NCBI GenBank assembly: GCA_963751345.1
Contig: CAVVUS010000030.1
Coordinates: forward strand, 32,001-96,000
DNA: 64,000 bases
Reading direction: 5' to 3'
DNA from: an uncultured Chloroflexia bacterium
Lineage (GTDB): Bacteria > Chloroflexota > Anaerolineae > B4-G1 > SLSP01
Part shown: one piece after another, positions 1 to 10,532 of the stretch
How the letters are laid out: each line of letters starts with the position of its first letter
Numbering within the stretch: the first letter of the stretch is position 1
Made by a program: the position numbers and the translations under genes
Notes under the pieces: generated by a model
The model's input: only the letters and a program-made list of their open reading frames with translations
Databases searched by the model: none
What the model was told of the DNA's origin: nothing

Positions 1-1604
1 ATGCCGCCCGAGGAAACGGTTGGCCGGCGTTCGCAGAGAGCCCCTTGCTCTTGGTAGGTAACGCCCTGCTTTTCACGCTCCTCGGGCCCGGGGATGCCAT
101 TGCGCGACTCCTGCCGGCCATGGCCGGCGTTGCCCTTGTGGCGCTGCCCCTGCTCTGGCGACGGCGTCTGGGCGACGTCGGAGCCCTCACCGCAGCAGGC
201 CTGCTGCTCATTTCGCCACTGACACTCTTCGCGGCTCGCCGGGCAGATGGTGCGGCGTTAGGCGCCCTGGGAAGCGCGGCTCTCATCACCTGGCTGTTCG
301 CGCCGCACGATGATGCCACGGGTAACCGTTGGTCGGAGGGATTTCTTGCCTTCGGCATTGCCGTGGGCGTGATCGGCGGGCCCGGGTTCTACGACCTGCT
401 GATTCCCGGCCTCGTCGCGTGGCTATTCTTGGTGCGTGGGACACCACAAGCGACCGCGCGCGTGACCTGGCGACCTGTGGTGATAGGGTTGGCGATCGCC
501 GCTCTCATTTCGCTGGCTTTCGGACTGAGATGGTCAGGATGGGCCGGCGTCACGGATGGCCTGCGGGCATGGCTGGAGGCGTGGAGCAGGTCCGGTGGGC
601 GTGGAGCGCCGGCACTTGAATCGTTGCTGCTCTACGAGCCCCTCCTGCTGCTCCTATGGCTGGCCGGAATCATCCTTCTCTTTAGGCGCCCGCCCACGAG
701 CCAGCCCGTGATGTTGTGGCCGGTCGTCCTCTGGGGGTGCCTGGCCATCGCAATCGCCATCCTGCAGCCCGGAAGTTCTCCGGAATCCCTGAGCACGGCA
801 CTCTTGCCGCTAGCCCTACTGGGAGGTTATGCCGTTCAGCGCATTGTGTCGGAGGCACACCCCGGCGCCCTGCGCTGGATGGGCCTGCACGCACTGCTCG
901 CGTTCTTCTTCTGGCTCCCCGGCCTGCTGGCGCTCGCACAACACGCCGGCGGGTTTGCCTTCACCGACCAGGTCGCACTGATCGTGCTCGGCATCGTGGT
1001 CCTCTGTGTACTTCAGATCCTGCTGGTCTTTGTCTTCACATTGCTCGTGGCGCCCGGCGACTTGTGGCGGAGCAGCTTCCTGGGTGCCGCGGCCGTCTTT
1101 TTGCTGCTGCAGGCGAGTTTTGCCACCAGCTTGGCCTACGTTCGTCCGGACTCGCCCATTGAACCTGCCGTGAGAGCAGCAACGTCACAGGATGTATCTC
1201 ACCTGGTCACGATGTTACGCGACATCGAGTTCCTGCGCGATGAGCGTCAAGATACGCTCCCCGTCGTCGTGATCGACGGTGATCCACAACTCACTGCAGT
1301 TCTTCGCTGGAACCTGAGGCAATACACAGAACTGAAAATCACCCAGGCGTGGCCGGACGACGATACGGCGCTCGTGATAACACCCGACGGCGAAGCTGAA
1401 GCGCAACCCCCGGACCCCGGAGCGTGGAGAGGTGCGTCATTCGTGTCGACGACGACCTACCAGGGCGGGATCCCGCGCTGTGAAGCGATCCTACCCCCAC
1501 GATGTTCCGGCCCTCTTCAATGGTATCTCTACCGGACCATCCCTGAGGCCGTCGAGACCAACCACCTGATCCTTTGGCAAACGGCCACCACCGCCGGGTG
1601 GTAG
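1..1604 (+). CDS. Polytopic membrane protein, possibly GT-C/PMT-like glycosyltransferase (5' truncated by window)
   Basis: Frame open from window start; many hydrophobic helices, 'LLISP...ARR.DG' segment as in GT-C/family 39 proteins, soluble C-terminal domain; near polysaccharide genes. Confidence 0.5.
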   Translation, partial: AARGNGWPAFAESPLLLVGNALLFTLLGPGDAIARLLPAMAGVALVALPLLWRRRLGDVGALTAAGLLLISPLTLFAARRADGAALGALGSAALITWLFAPHDDATGNRWSEGFLAFGIAVGVIGGPGFYDLLIPGLVAWLFLVRGTPQATARVTWRPVVIGLAIAALISLAFGLRWSGWAGVTDGLRAWLEAWSRSGGRGAPALESLLLYEPLLLLLWLAGIILLFRRPPTSQPVMLWPVVLWGCLAIAIAILQPGSSPESLSTALLPLALLGGYAVQRIVSEAHPGALRWMGLHALLAFFFWLPGLLALAQHAGGFAFTDQVALIVLGIVVLCVLQILLVFVFTLLVAPGDLWRSSFLGAAAVFLLLQASFATSLAYVRPDSPIEPAVRAATSQDVSHLVTMLRDIEFLRDERQDTLPVVVIDGDPQLTAVLRWNLRQYTELKITQAWPDDDTALVITPDGEAEAQPPDPGAWRGASFVSTTTYQGGIPRCEAILPPRCSGPLQWYLYRTIPEAVETNHLILWQTATTAGW

Positions 1605-1713
1605 CCTTGCCGGGCTGTGCGGCACCTGCTCGAGAAGCTACCAGGCAACGCGACAACACCTCGCTAACCCGGCATCTAGCGTAACCTTGCCCAGGTCAAA
1701 CGTTCTGCTGGGC

Positions 1714-1741
1714 TTGCCCTTCATAAGCCATCGCTTATAAT
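1714..1741 (+). promoter_or_regulatory. Sigma70-type promoter
   Basis: TTGCCC (1714-1719), 16 bp spacer, TATAAT (1736-1741) in intergenic DNA upstream of the 1832 ATG. Confidence 0.55.
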
Positions 1742-1831
1742 GCCGTGCAGATGCCGGGGCGTATCCGGTCATATTCCCGACAGGGATGTCCCTATAAGGA
1801 TACCGGTTGGGCCGCTCCGCAAGGGAGAGCA

Positions 1832-2131
1832 ATGCCCGCATATCGTAAAGCAAGTATTCGAGAATTGACCCAGGCTGCGTCACATATCGATGGCCGGTTT
1901 GTTCAAGGCGTCCTCCACCAGGATTCCGAGAAGGGCTCGTGGTTGGTCGGTGGCACACCCCTCAACGATTGGCTGGCTCACCACGAAGGCGAGGAAGTTA
2001 CCCTGATTCTAGTGTCGATGGACGAAGAGCGTCCGCTGGAAAAGCGAACGTGCAGAACGTGCGGACGTGAATACTACGGTTTCGAGTGCCCGCATTGTCG
2101 AGAAGTCCGCTATCGTCTGCGCGGACAGTAG
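1832..2131 (+). CDS. Small hypothetical protein with C-terminal zinc ribbon
   Basis: GGGAGAG RBS before ATG 1832; CRTC-x8-CPHC motif. Confidence 0.7.
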   Translation: MPAYRKASIRELTQAASHIDGRFVQGVLHQDSEKGSWLVGGTPLNDWLAHHEGEEVTLILVSMDEERPLEKRTCRTCGREYYGFECPHCREVRYRLRGQ

Positions 2132-2223
2132 GTACGTAGCGGGCGTTGCGCCTGCAGCCAGGCGTCCGCGCCCGCAGCCGGGCGTCTGAGCCCGCATATC
2201 CTCAATTGCTCCTGGAGGCATAG

Positions 2224-2895
2224 GTGAAGATTCAGGACTATATTCGTGTTCTCCGGCGTCGTGGCTGGATCATCATCCTGGCCACGGTCGTCACGGCGGC
2301 GAGCGCGTTTGTGTTTGGCAAGCTCCAAACACCCATGTACCGCTCCAGTATTGTCGTATCCATCCAGCTTGCCCGTCCGGACCTCAGCTTGACCCAATCG
2401 GCCAAACAGCTTCTGCGCTCTTATGCCAACGTGATGCTGTCCGAGAAACGTGCGACGACGGTGATCGAGACCTTAGGGCTCTATATGGACCCACGGGATC
2501 TCAAGGGTGACGTGGCAATCGTCGCAGATGATTCCATTATGGCCATCAAGATCGACGTGGACAACGCCGACGGCGAGGTAGCCAACCAGATCGCCAACAC
2601 CTGGGCTCAACTGCTGGTCCAGTGGCGCGAAGCACAGAACGCCAAACAGAACAAAGAGGACCGCGTTTTCGCCGAGATTATCGACCTCGCCTCTTACCGG
2701 TTGCTGCGACCGAAGATGTCCATCAACGTGGCAGCAGGTGCGGCCCTGGGATTTGTGTTGGGCACGTTCGCGGTCCTGGCACTGGAGTGGCTGGAGACCG
2801 GTATCATCCGCGACCCTACGTCGATAGAGGCGGATACCGGGTTGACGCTGATCGGAATTATCCCCCCGGTACAGCGGTCGTCAGGCTCGCGGTAG
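2224..2895 (+). CDS. Wzz/CapA (YveK-like) polysaccharide chain-length determinant / BY-kinase activator
   Basis: N-terminal 'DYIRVLRRRGWII' + TM + 'PMYRSS', C-terminal 'RPK..N' + TM + 'GL..IGIIP'; adjacent to CpsD-like gene. Confidence 0.85.
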   Translation: MKIQDYIRVLRRRGWIIILATVVTAASAFVFGKLQTPMYRSSIVVSIQLARPDLSLTQSAKQLLRSYANVMLSEKRATTVIETLGLYMDPRDLKGDVAIVADDSIMAIKIDVDNADGEVANQIANTWAQLLVQWREAQNAKQNKEDRVFAEIIDLASYRLLRPKMSINVAAGAALGFVLGTFAVLALEWLETGIIRDPTSIEADTGLTLIGIIPPVQRSSGSR

Positions 2896-2929
2896 GGCCC
2901 GTTTCCACATTACCCAAGGGAGTTCATGC

Positions 2930-3583
2930 ATGGATGTTGATCTGATCACCGTGCGCGAGCCACAAAGCGCGGCAGCAGAGGCTTATCGCGCCCTGCGGAT
3001 GAACCTCGCCTTTACCAGCTTGGATCATGAGCTGCAGACCTTGGTGGTAGCGTCGCCGGCAGCAAATGACACCGATCACAAGGTCGCCGGGAACCTCGCC
3101 GTGGTCATCGCGCAGTCCGGAAAGCACGTGTGCCTCGTCGACGCCGACCTCCGCCGGCCGAGTCTCCACGCCCTCTTTGGCATCTCTCAGGAACCTGGGG
3201 TGACTACCTTTATGTTGAGCCGTGAGGAGCGTCCAACCGTCACGTGCGTCGAGACAAACGTGCCCGGACTCTCTTTGCTGCCATCAGGCGCCCTGCCCCC
3301 GAATCCGGCAGATATCCTGGGCTCCAACAAAATGAGCCTGCTACTGGATCAGCTCAAGGCAAGCGTCGATGTTGTGGTATTGCAGGCACCGCCGGTGACC
3401 GTCGCCGTGGACGCTTCGGTGCTGGCAGCCCTGACCGACGGGCTGCTTCTGGTCGTACGGACAGGGCACACGCGGCGGGATCGGGTAGAGCAGGCCAAAG
3501 AGCTGCTGGATCGCTTCAGGGTGCGCATCCTGGGTGCGGTCCTGACCGACGCACCGGAGCGGGGGCTGCTGACGGGATACTAA
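2930..3583 (+). CDS. CpsD/CapB family BY-kinase homologue with degenerate Walker motifs
   Basis: 'AEAYRALRMNL', 'LVDADLRRPSLH', 'LPPNPADIL' family signatures; GK[ST] absent. Confidence 0.85.
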   Translation: MDVDLITVREPQSAAAEAYRALRMNLAFTSLDHELQTLVVASPAANDTDHKVAGNLAVVIAQSGKHVCLVDADLRRPSLHALFGISQEPGVTTFMLSREERPTVTCVETNVPGLSLLPSGALPPNPADILGSNKMSLLLDQLKASVDVVVLQAPPVTVAVDASVLAALTDGLLLVVRTGHTRRDRVEQAKELLDRFRVRILGAVLTDAPERGLLTGY

Positions 3584-3603
3584 ATGCGGCTTCGCGGTTA
3601 CGG

Positions 3604-4722
3604 CTACTCCGTGGGCTCCTGTGTTTCATAGGCATAGACGTCAAACGCAGCCTCGAACGGCGTCCCTGCGATCTCCAGTGTCACCGTATACGCGCCCGGT
3701 GCCAGAAATGGGTTATCGGGCTGACCGGTGAGGCTATCCCAGACGACACCTTCCGATGCTCCCTGCCAGGCGCCGCTCGCCTCACGGATGAGGGCACCCT
3801 CATGCCACCAGGCACTGCGCCACACGGTGCCGGGCACCAGGTTCCGGCACGTACTGCCCGCATAGACCACCTGGGTATACCAGTCAAAGAGCGTCAAAGG
3901 CAGGAAGGGTTCCCCCTCTGACGTCACACCGGCAGCCGTGAACAAAGGCTCGCAGGAGACAATCTCGGGTGTCGGGGTCCGCGTCGGCGCCGGCGTCGCG
4001 GCAGCAGGATCAAGTTGGATGGCGAAGTCCAGTACCCGCGTGACCTCGCCCATCAGGGTCATCTCCGCCTCGTAACTTCCCACCTCAAAGAGACGTTCAT
4101 CGCCAAGATAGCAGGCCATCGCGCCCGTCCCACCGAGTGTGTCCAGAACACCGCTCGTGTTGCAGACTGTCGCGCCTGCACGATCGCGGACGGTCACCCA
4201 GTACGGCGCACCGAGGCACCCTCCCTCATACGCATACCCGACGTAGAAAAGCTCGGTATTCGGATCGAGGCGGGAGACGGCCTCCCCATCCGGCACCCTG
4301 CGAACCGCGAGATCGGTGATCGCAGGCGACTGTGGGCTGACGGAGAGATCAAGCTGGCCCAGGTCAACCTCCTGCCAGGCCAGGTCGAGGGTATAGGATC
4401 CGGAGGGCAGGGGGCGACCGTCAGGGAAGGCAACGATGAACGTCCCGTCGCGAAGCACCCAGGTCCCTTCGCCAACTAACTGCCCCGCGGCACCGGTCAA
4501 TCTCCAGGTTGCAGGCGACTCGGCCGGCCAATTCTCCGATGTCTGGACGCGAACTCTGATTTGGGTCGCGCTGCCGCAGACCACGTCAGGAGCGTCTACC
4601 AGTTGCACATCGGGGACGCGAGGTGCGATAGCCGTTGGCGCGGGAGCACGCGAGCAGGCCGCCCAGGTCAAGGCCAGGATGCCTACAAAGGCACGCTGCC
4701 AACCGGCGCGTCGGGTGTCCAT
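3604..4722 (-). CDS. Putative lipoprotein with repeated beta-rich domains
   Basis: Signal-like N-terminus with 'WAAC' lipobox-like site; three 'G.Y.....' ending beta domains; PT-rich linker. Confidence 0.65.
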   Translation of the reverse strand: MDTRRAGWQRAFVGILALTWAACSRAPAPTAIAPRVPDVQLVDAPDVVCGSATQIRVRVQTSENWPAESPATWRLTGAAGQLVGEGTWVLRDGTFIVAFPDGRPLPSGSYTLDLAWQEVDLGQLDLSVSPQSPAITDLAVRRVPDGEAVSRLDPNTELFYVGYAYEGGCLGAPYWVTVRDRAGATVCNTSGVLDTLGGTGAMACYLGDERLFEVGSYEAEMTLMGEVTRVLDFAIQLDPAAATPAPTRTPTPEIVSCEPLFTAAGVTSEGEPFLPLTLFDWYTQVVYAGSTCRNLVPGTVWRSAWWHEGALIREASGAWQGASEGVVWDSLTGQPDNPFLAPGAYTVTLEIAGTPFEAAFDVYAYETQEPTE

Positions 4723-5141
4723 TCGACAAGCTCCTTAATCATGCTCTCGGCGTATTCACGCCAATGTGGATGATCACCTTCCACCAGATACGCGCGGAAG
4801 TCGGTGAGCGCTTCCTCATACTCTCGCAACTGTTGGTGAGCGATCCCCCGATTGAACCTGGCCTCACTCAGGCCCGGATCCAGTTCGAACGCCCGGGTCA
4901 GGTCAAGAATGGCGCGGCGCGGGTGATCCACTTCCCGCCAATAGAGGATACCCCGCTCCATATAAGCACGGGCGAAATCCGGCTTGTAGCTGATGGCGCG
5001 GGTAAAGGCATCGATGGCCTTCTCATACTCCGTTAGCAGCCCATACTTGTTGCCGAAGTGCCGGTAGCTGCCGGCAAGCCTATAGTGGAATTGTGCCAGG
5101 ATCAGCGCAAACAACTTCCGAATGATCGTCATTTTCCTCAC
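4683..5141 (-). CDS. Tetratricopeptide repeat protein (start 5141 GTG or 5132 ATG)
   Basis: Three TPR-like units (YEKAIDAFTRAI..KP, ARAYMERG, ARFNRG). Confidence 0.85.
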   Translation of the reverse strand: MRKMTIIRKLFALILAQFHYRLAGSYRHFGNKYGLLTEYEKAIDAFTRAISYKPDFARAYMERGILYWREVDHPRRAILDLTRAFELDPGLSEARFNRGIAHQQLREYEEALTDFRAYLVEGDHPHWREYAESMIKELVEWTPDAPVGSVPL

Positions 5142-6247
5142 ACCGGTGCCAGAACCGACCGATAGGTCGCCAACGTCGATCGAGCAATCTCTGTCTGGGT
5201 ATAGTGACTCAGCACCCGCTCGCGTCCTTGCCGCCCAAGGTTCCGGCGGAGTTCGGGCTGATGGATGACCTCATCGAGGACGCGGCTCAACGCGACGGCA
5301 TCCGCCTCAGGGAACACGCGTCCGGCGTCCCCAATCACGTGTGGGATTTCGCCCGTGTCGGATCCGATGACCGCGACCTCACACGCCATCGCCTCGATCA
5401 GGACGCGCCCGAATTGCTCGGTCCAGTTCGTGCGACTCAGCGAGGGAAGCACCAGGACGTCCGTCTCGCCATAGAAACGTGGCATCGCGGCTGACGGCAG
5501 CCACGCCCGGAAGGACACGCGATCCTCCAATCCCAGGGCCGTCACCTGCTCATGGAGGGCGCCGGCGAGCGGGCCACTGCCCAGAAGGGTCGCACGCCAT
5601 CTGCCAGGCGTGCGAGCCAATGCGTTCAGCAGGACATCGATGCCTTTCTCAGGGACGAACCGACCTACATAGGCGATGTGGACGGGTGCGCCAACTCGCG
5701 GTCCAAGCGGGGGGAGGAAGTCGTCCGGGTCAACGCCAAATTGGGGGACGACCGACAGCGGGCCGGCATAGCCCTTGTCCCGCCAGACCCGGGCAGATGT
5801 ATGGCTGCCAACGATGGCGTGGTCGATCCGGGTGAGATTATAGCGCTCGAGCCAGGAGAAGGGTGGTGGGTAGCGGCGTGCCAGGTTCTGCCAGGAGAAC
5901 CAGAGGGTCCGGGCACCGGACCGGCGAGCAAGGACGTTCGCATGATAGGTAGCGAAATTGTAAGGTTCCTCGTCAATGTGCACCAGATCGGGTTGCACAC
6001 GACGGATGAGACGGTTAAGGCCCGGATAGAAGTGCAGGTGGAAAGAGCCATTGAAAAGGATGGGCAGCACCTCGAGTCGATATCCATGCGTATGGGACCG
6101 TTCCAGCCGCGTGGTTCCCCGTTCGTCCCGCCACGCTGGCGGCACGACGACGGTTAGTGAAAGGTCGGGAGACGCCTTCGCCATGGCCTCCAGCTTTTTC
6201 TGATATGCGCCGACGATACACGCCTTGGATACCATTACGACGCGCAA
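5138..6247 (-). CDS. Glycosyltransferase family 4 (GT-B)
   Basis: 'YVGRFVPEKG', 'EQFGRVLIEAMAC' E-x7-E motif. Confidence 0.92.
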   Translation of the reverse strand: MRVVMVSKACIVGAYQKKLEAMAKASPDLSLTVVVPPAWRDERGTTRLERSHTHGYRLEVLPILFNGSFHLHFYPGLNRLIRRVQPDLVHIDEEPYNFATYHANVLARRSGARTLWFSWQNLARRYPPPFSWLERYNLTRIDHAIVGSHTSARVWRDKGYAGPLSVVPQFGVDPDDFLPPLGPRVGAPVHIAYVGRFVPEKGIDVLLNALARTPGRWRATLLGSGPLAGALHEQVTALGLEDRVSFRAWLPSAAMPRFYGETDVLVLPSLSRTNWTEQFGRVLIEAMACEVAVIGSDTGEIPHVIGDAGRVFPEADAVALSRVLDEVIHQPELRRNLGRQGRERVLSHYTQTEIARSTLATYRSVLAPV

Positions 6248-6344
6248 CTGTCACCCACATGTTTCCCATCTGAGCATAAACTGTAGTATAACGCCAAGGG
6301 AGTGCTAAGCAATGCACCCCCCGTTTAGTTAGGATTTGGATGGC

Positions 6345-6373
6345 TTTACACGGTTCTCAAACCGTGCTATACT
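6345..6373 (+). promoter_or_regulatory. Sigma70 promoter with extended -10 and a palindromic operator candidate
   Basis: TTTACA-17bp-TATACT with TG at 6365-6366; perfect inverted repeat CACGGTT-CTCA-AACCGTG at 6349-6366. Confidence 0.65.
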
Positions 6374-6473
6374 GAGAAAGCTGTCAGATTATGCAATATC
6401 AATGTGCGGGCCTGGCACAGCCGAGCAGGGACGTGGTCTCGTGGTTCTTTCTGAGCGCAGAGCGAGGATCCCA

Positions 6474-6746
6474 GTGGAACATAATGCTTACCTCCCATCA
6501 GCCCTCGTGCTCTGGTTTGATGATCTGCGGGACCGCCAACTGGGAGACCTGGCCGGCATATTGGTCAAAGTTCTTCGGCTGTGGGGATTCGCAATCAGCC
6601 AAATCCTCTGGATGTTAACGCCCCTCGTCGGGCAGTCAAAGGTGGCTGCCATAGCAGAAGCATTGGAGGATCCCGAAGCGATGGACGTCCTCTACGCCCA
6701 CGTAGTCGAAGGACTGCCGGTGATAGGCAGGGTCGAAGGAGAATAG
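6474..6746 (+). CDS. Small hypothetical protein, first gene of GlmL-type operon
   Basis: GAGG RBS before GTG 6474, in frame with ORF 6336-6746; abuts next gene. Confidence 0.6.
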   Translation: MEHNAYLPSALVLWFDDLRDRQLGDLAGILVKVLRLWGFAISQILWMLTPLVGQSKVAAIAEALEDPEAMDVLYAHVVEGLPVIGRVEGE

Positions 6747-6747
6747 C

Positions 6748-7503
6748 ATGGGCACCCAACTCGTCGCACTGGGTATGGCCTTCATCGGCACCGTTGCCCT
6801 CCTGCTCTACGGTCTCCAGCGGAATCGCCGCCAGCGCGATCGGACCATTGTCCCCGCCTTCAAAGCGTTTTCCGGCGAAGTCGGGCGCGTCGCGGAGGAA
6901 GGCGCCGTCATCCACGTGGCGTTGGGCAGCGGCGGCCTTCTCGGTGAGGACAGTATGGTCTCTGTCGCGGCCCTGCAGGGACTCAGTGGCCTGACCGAGC
7001 TCTCGGCTGCCTACGACACGCCTCCTTACATAACTACGGGGGATCCCACCCTTTACCTGCTGGCCGACAACCAGATCCGCGCGGCTTACGCCCGACTGGG
7101 AAGCATGGATCACTACAAACCCGGTTTCGTTCGCTTCGTGGCCCCTTCCCCCATTCTGTATGCTGCCGCAGCCGCCACGCTTACCGGCGACGAGCCGGTG
7201 GGTACCAACATCAACCTTGGCAGCTTCGGACAGGAAGTCAGCCTTCTGTCGCACGCCGCGTCCGTCAGCAACGTCAAGATGTACGGCGGCGTCACGTCAG
7301 CGACTGGATCGGCGGCTCTCTATCCCGAACTCGACGACACCCATCTGGCCATCGGCGAGGAGATGTTTGCAGGTGGGGCTGAGGTCACGGGCCGGTCGAT
7401 GTTCTGGGCCGGACTGTGGAGCCAGGATTTCCTGCGGTGGCTGATTGTCGTGGGTATCGTGGTCGCGGCAGCCGCCGCCCTGCTGGGGATCGGAGGCCTA
7501 TGA
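6748..7503 (+). CDS. DUF6754-like membrane-anchored protein
   Basis: N- and C-terminal TM helices, 'GRVAEEG..IHVALGSG', 'GSFGQE', 'IGEEMFA.GA' motifs; context upstream of GlmL-like gene. Confidence 0.65.
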   Translation: MGTQLVALGMAFIGTVALLLYGLQRNRRQRDRTIVPAFKAFSGEVGRVAEEGAVIHVALGSGGLLGEDSMVSVAALQGLSGLTELSAAYDTPPYITTGDPTLYLLADNQIRAAYARLGSMDHYKPGFVRFVAPSPILYAAAAATLTGDEPVGTNINLGSFGQEVSLLSHAASVSNVKMYGGVTSATGSAALYPELDDTHLAIGEEMFAGGAEVTGRSMFWAGLWSQDFLRWLIVVGIVVAAAAALLGIGGL

Positions 7504-8118
7504 TGCTCAGATGGTTCATCCCCACCGTCGTGGCCGTCGTCGTCGGCCTCGTAACACTGCTCGGTTTCCTGCTGCCGGTCTCGGCTTTTGAATCCTTGCG
7601 CGTCATCCTGGTCCGAGGGGCTACGGTCCTGGCCGCGTTCGCGTTCGTCCTGGCCTATGGCAACTTGCTCCGCGTGCACGCCGCACGCGTTCTGAAAAGA
7701 CAGGCCAAGCATCTGATTCCGAGCCTCATATTGATCGTTTCAGCGGTGGTGAGTCTTGTCCTGGTCCTTGTGCAGGGGCAGGATGGCCCGGCGGTGCGCT
7801 ATCTCGTGCAGGCCGATACTCGTCCCCGGAGAGTCCGCGCTGCTGGCGCTTACTGCCGTGACCCTGCTATTAGCAGGCATGCGACTCTATCGAAGTCGGC
7901 GCCACGTCAACAGCGTGCTCTTCATCGTAGTTGCGCTTCTCACGTTACTCAGTGCAGCCCCTTTGATCTATCCCCCACTTGTGAAAACCGTGATGGATTT
8001 CGTCAATGCGGTGGCTACCGGCGGCTTGCGTGGTCTGCTCCTTGGCGTAGCACTTGGGACGGTCGTCACGGGTCTGCGCGTGATCCTGGGTATCGATCGA
8101 CCGCAGAGCGGCGGATAA
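7500..8118 (+). CDS. Hypothetical integral membrane protein (one +1 frameshift near 7810)
   Basis: Joins ORFs 7416-8123 and 7756-8118; length 3n+1; ends 'GGLRGLLLGVALG...LRVILGIDRP'. Confidence 0.7.
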
Positions 8119-8138
8119 GATAGGCCTGGATAGAGATC

Positions 8139-10530
8139 ATGATTCGTTGTACATCGTGCGGCACACTCAATCAGGATAACCGGAAGGCATGTAGGAACTG
8201 CGGTAGCGTCCTTCCCCAGACGAGGTTGCGCTGTCCAAAATGCGGCACGCTCAATCCCGTCGGCAACCTCTTCTGCGACAACTGCAACACGAGGCTTGTC
8301 CACCCTGAGGATGCCCTTCCCCCTGAACACCCCAGCACGCCTGAGGACGATCGCAGCAGTGCTGCTGTCAAGGGGATTTCATTGCCGACACGTTCGGCCC
8401 CATCGGAGGGGAGTGAGGAATCACCCATCGGATTGCCTGACTGGCTCTCAGGTCTCATCGATGAAGACGCGGAGTTCGGGACGACGAATGCCGAAGCCGA
8501 ATCGGATGAAGATCTCCCTCTCGGTCCAGATGTGCTTCCCGATTGGCTGAAGAGCGAAGAGGGTGAAGAGCCGGAAACCGCAGAAGAAGGCGAGCCGGCG
8601 GCTCAGCCACTGCCCGACTGGTTGGCAGCGATGTCTGGAGAGACGGGCGGCATCGACGAGCCGGAGGAAGATGAGACCGAGCTCCCCGATTGGTTCGCTC
8701 AAATGGCCGCTTCGGTGTCGCCTGAAGAACCGGCGTCTTCAGAGAACCAGAACCTCGAAGAGACGGAATCCGATGAGGAGACCGAAACTGACACAGGGGA
8801 GGCGGACTCTGAGCTCCCGGACTGGCTCCTCGACATATCGGATGAGGATACCGACCAGACGGAGCTGCCTCAATGGCTCACGGATCTGACTGAAGAAGCT
8901 TCACCGGAAATTACCGCGGAGCCTGAGCAGGTCCCGGAACTCGCCGCAGACGAGGTCGAGGAAGAAGAGAGAGCAGAAAAGCCCTCAGAGCCGGTCCAGT
9001 CCGAGCCGGAGTTGGTACCTGATTGGCTCGCAGGGCTCGACCTCACCCTCTCTTCAGAACCCCAGGCTGGACATCTTCTCAGATGAAACCGCAGATACTG
9101 AGGAGGCGGAGTCTGAGACGGTGGAACCGCTGCTGACCGAAGGACCCAGCTGGCTTCAAGGTCTGAGGCCCGAAGAGAGCCTCACAGAAGATAGCCGTGG
9201 CACGCCGGCCTTCCTGGAACAGGAATCTCCGGAAGAACCTGAGGAAGAGGCCGCCGAATTTGGCCTGGAAGGTCCCGAGGAGATACCCGAGTGGCTGCAG
9301 GGCTTGGACTTCACGGCACCAACCGCGGCACGCCTCGAAACACCCTCATCCCTGATGGGTGAGCTCGCCCCTGCGGAAGTGCCTTCGTGGCTCCAGGAAC
9401 TAGCTCCACCCGAGGCAGCCGGGATAAGCCCAAGAGCTCAGAGCGTAGAGTCGTTCGGCGATTTGGCGCCTGCCGACATACCTGATTGGGTCCAGGCACT
9501 GCGTCCCAAGCCGCAGGATGGCCAGGAGCCCCCGGCCGAACGGGCGGCCTTTCCCACCCCGGCTGAGCCCGAGGGACCTCTCCAGGGCATCCCTGGGGTC
9601 CTGCCCTCGCTGATTGCAGTGGATGTACCTTCCGACGCGAAGCTCTCTGTGGCCACTGCGATACCGGATTCGGTCATCGCGCAGGCCCAACTGTGGCAGC
9701 AATTGCTTGAACAGCCGCGCAGTGCGGAGCGCCCTGTCCCACAGGAACGACTGCAGATGCCGGCTAACACCCGCCTTACCCGATGGCTCGTGGCTGCCGT
9801 CCTGCTTCTCGCGACCTTCGCCGCATTCTGGCTCTTGCCTGAGGGCGTGTCCCTCTCAAAGATCCCCGGATCCGAAATCGCCCCAGGCGTGGCGCCCTTT
9901 GTCGATAGCCTCAACCAACTTCAGGCCGGGGACCGCGTCATCCTGGCCATCGAGTACACACCGGGCTATGCCGAGGAAATGGCGCAGATCGCGGCGCCGG
10001 TCCTGGACCAACTCAATGCGCTGGATGCCGAGGTCCTGGTCGTGACCACACTTCCCCAGGGCATTGGCCTCAGCTACGCGCTATCTCCGCAGCCCCGTAA
10101 TCGAGTAGCGCTGCCTGGAAGCGGCTATGTTGCGGGCAACGTCACCGGCATTGCGGAGTTCCTGGCACGACCGGAAGCGCAGGCAGCGAGCCATTTGGTG
10201 GTCCTGACGTCGGATCCGCAGCGGCTCAGATGGTGGATCGAGCAGAATATGCTTACCAGCCACCAGGGTGGCGCATCTGAATTGCCTCTGAGCGTCGGCG
10301 TGAGCGCTGCCACAGGCGCACTCGTCACACCCTATCTCCACACCCAAAACGTCACGGGGTGGATTTCCGGATTCCCACAGGCGTTGGCCTATCGCGAGCT
10401 GACCGGGATCGGAAGCAACCAGGCCTACGCCCGGATCCTCGACGTGCTTACGTTGGCACAATGGGTCGTCGTCGGGCTGCTGTTGATGGCACTTGTTTAC
10501 CACATGGTCGAGCGGAAAGGGGCGAGTTAG
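8139..10530 (+). CDS. Double zinc-ribbon protein with acidic P(D/E)WL-repeat region and C-terminal membrane-anchored domain (frameshift near 9070)
   Basis: Four CxxC pairs at N-terminus, ~11 PxW(L/F/V) motifs in Asp/Glu-rich sequence continuing across ORFs 8139-9086 and 9121-10530; two TM helices. Confidence 0.75.
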
Positions 10531-10532
10531 CT

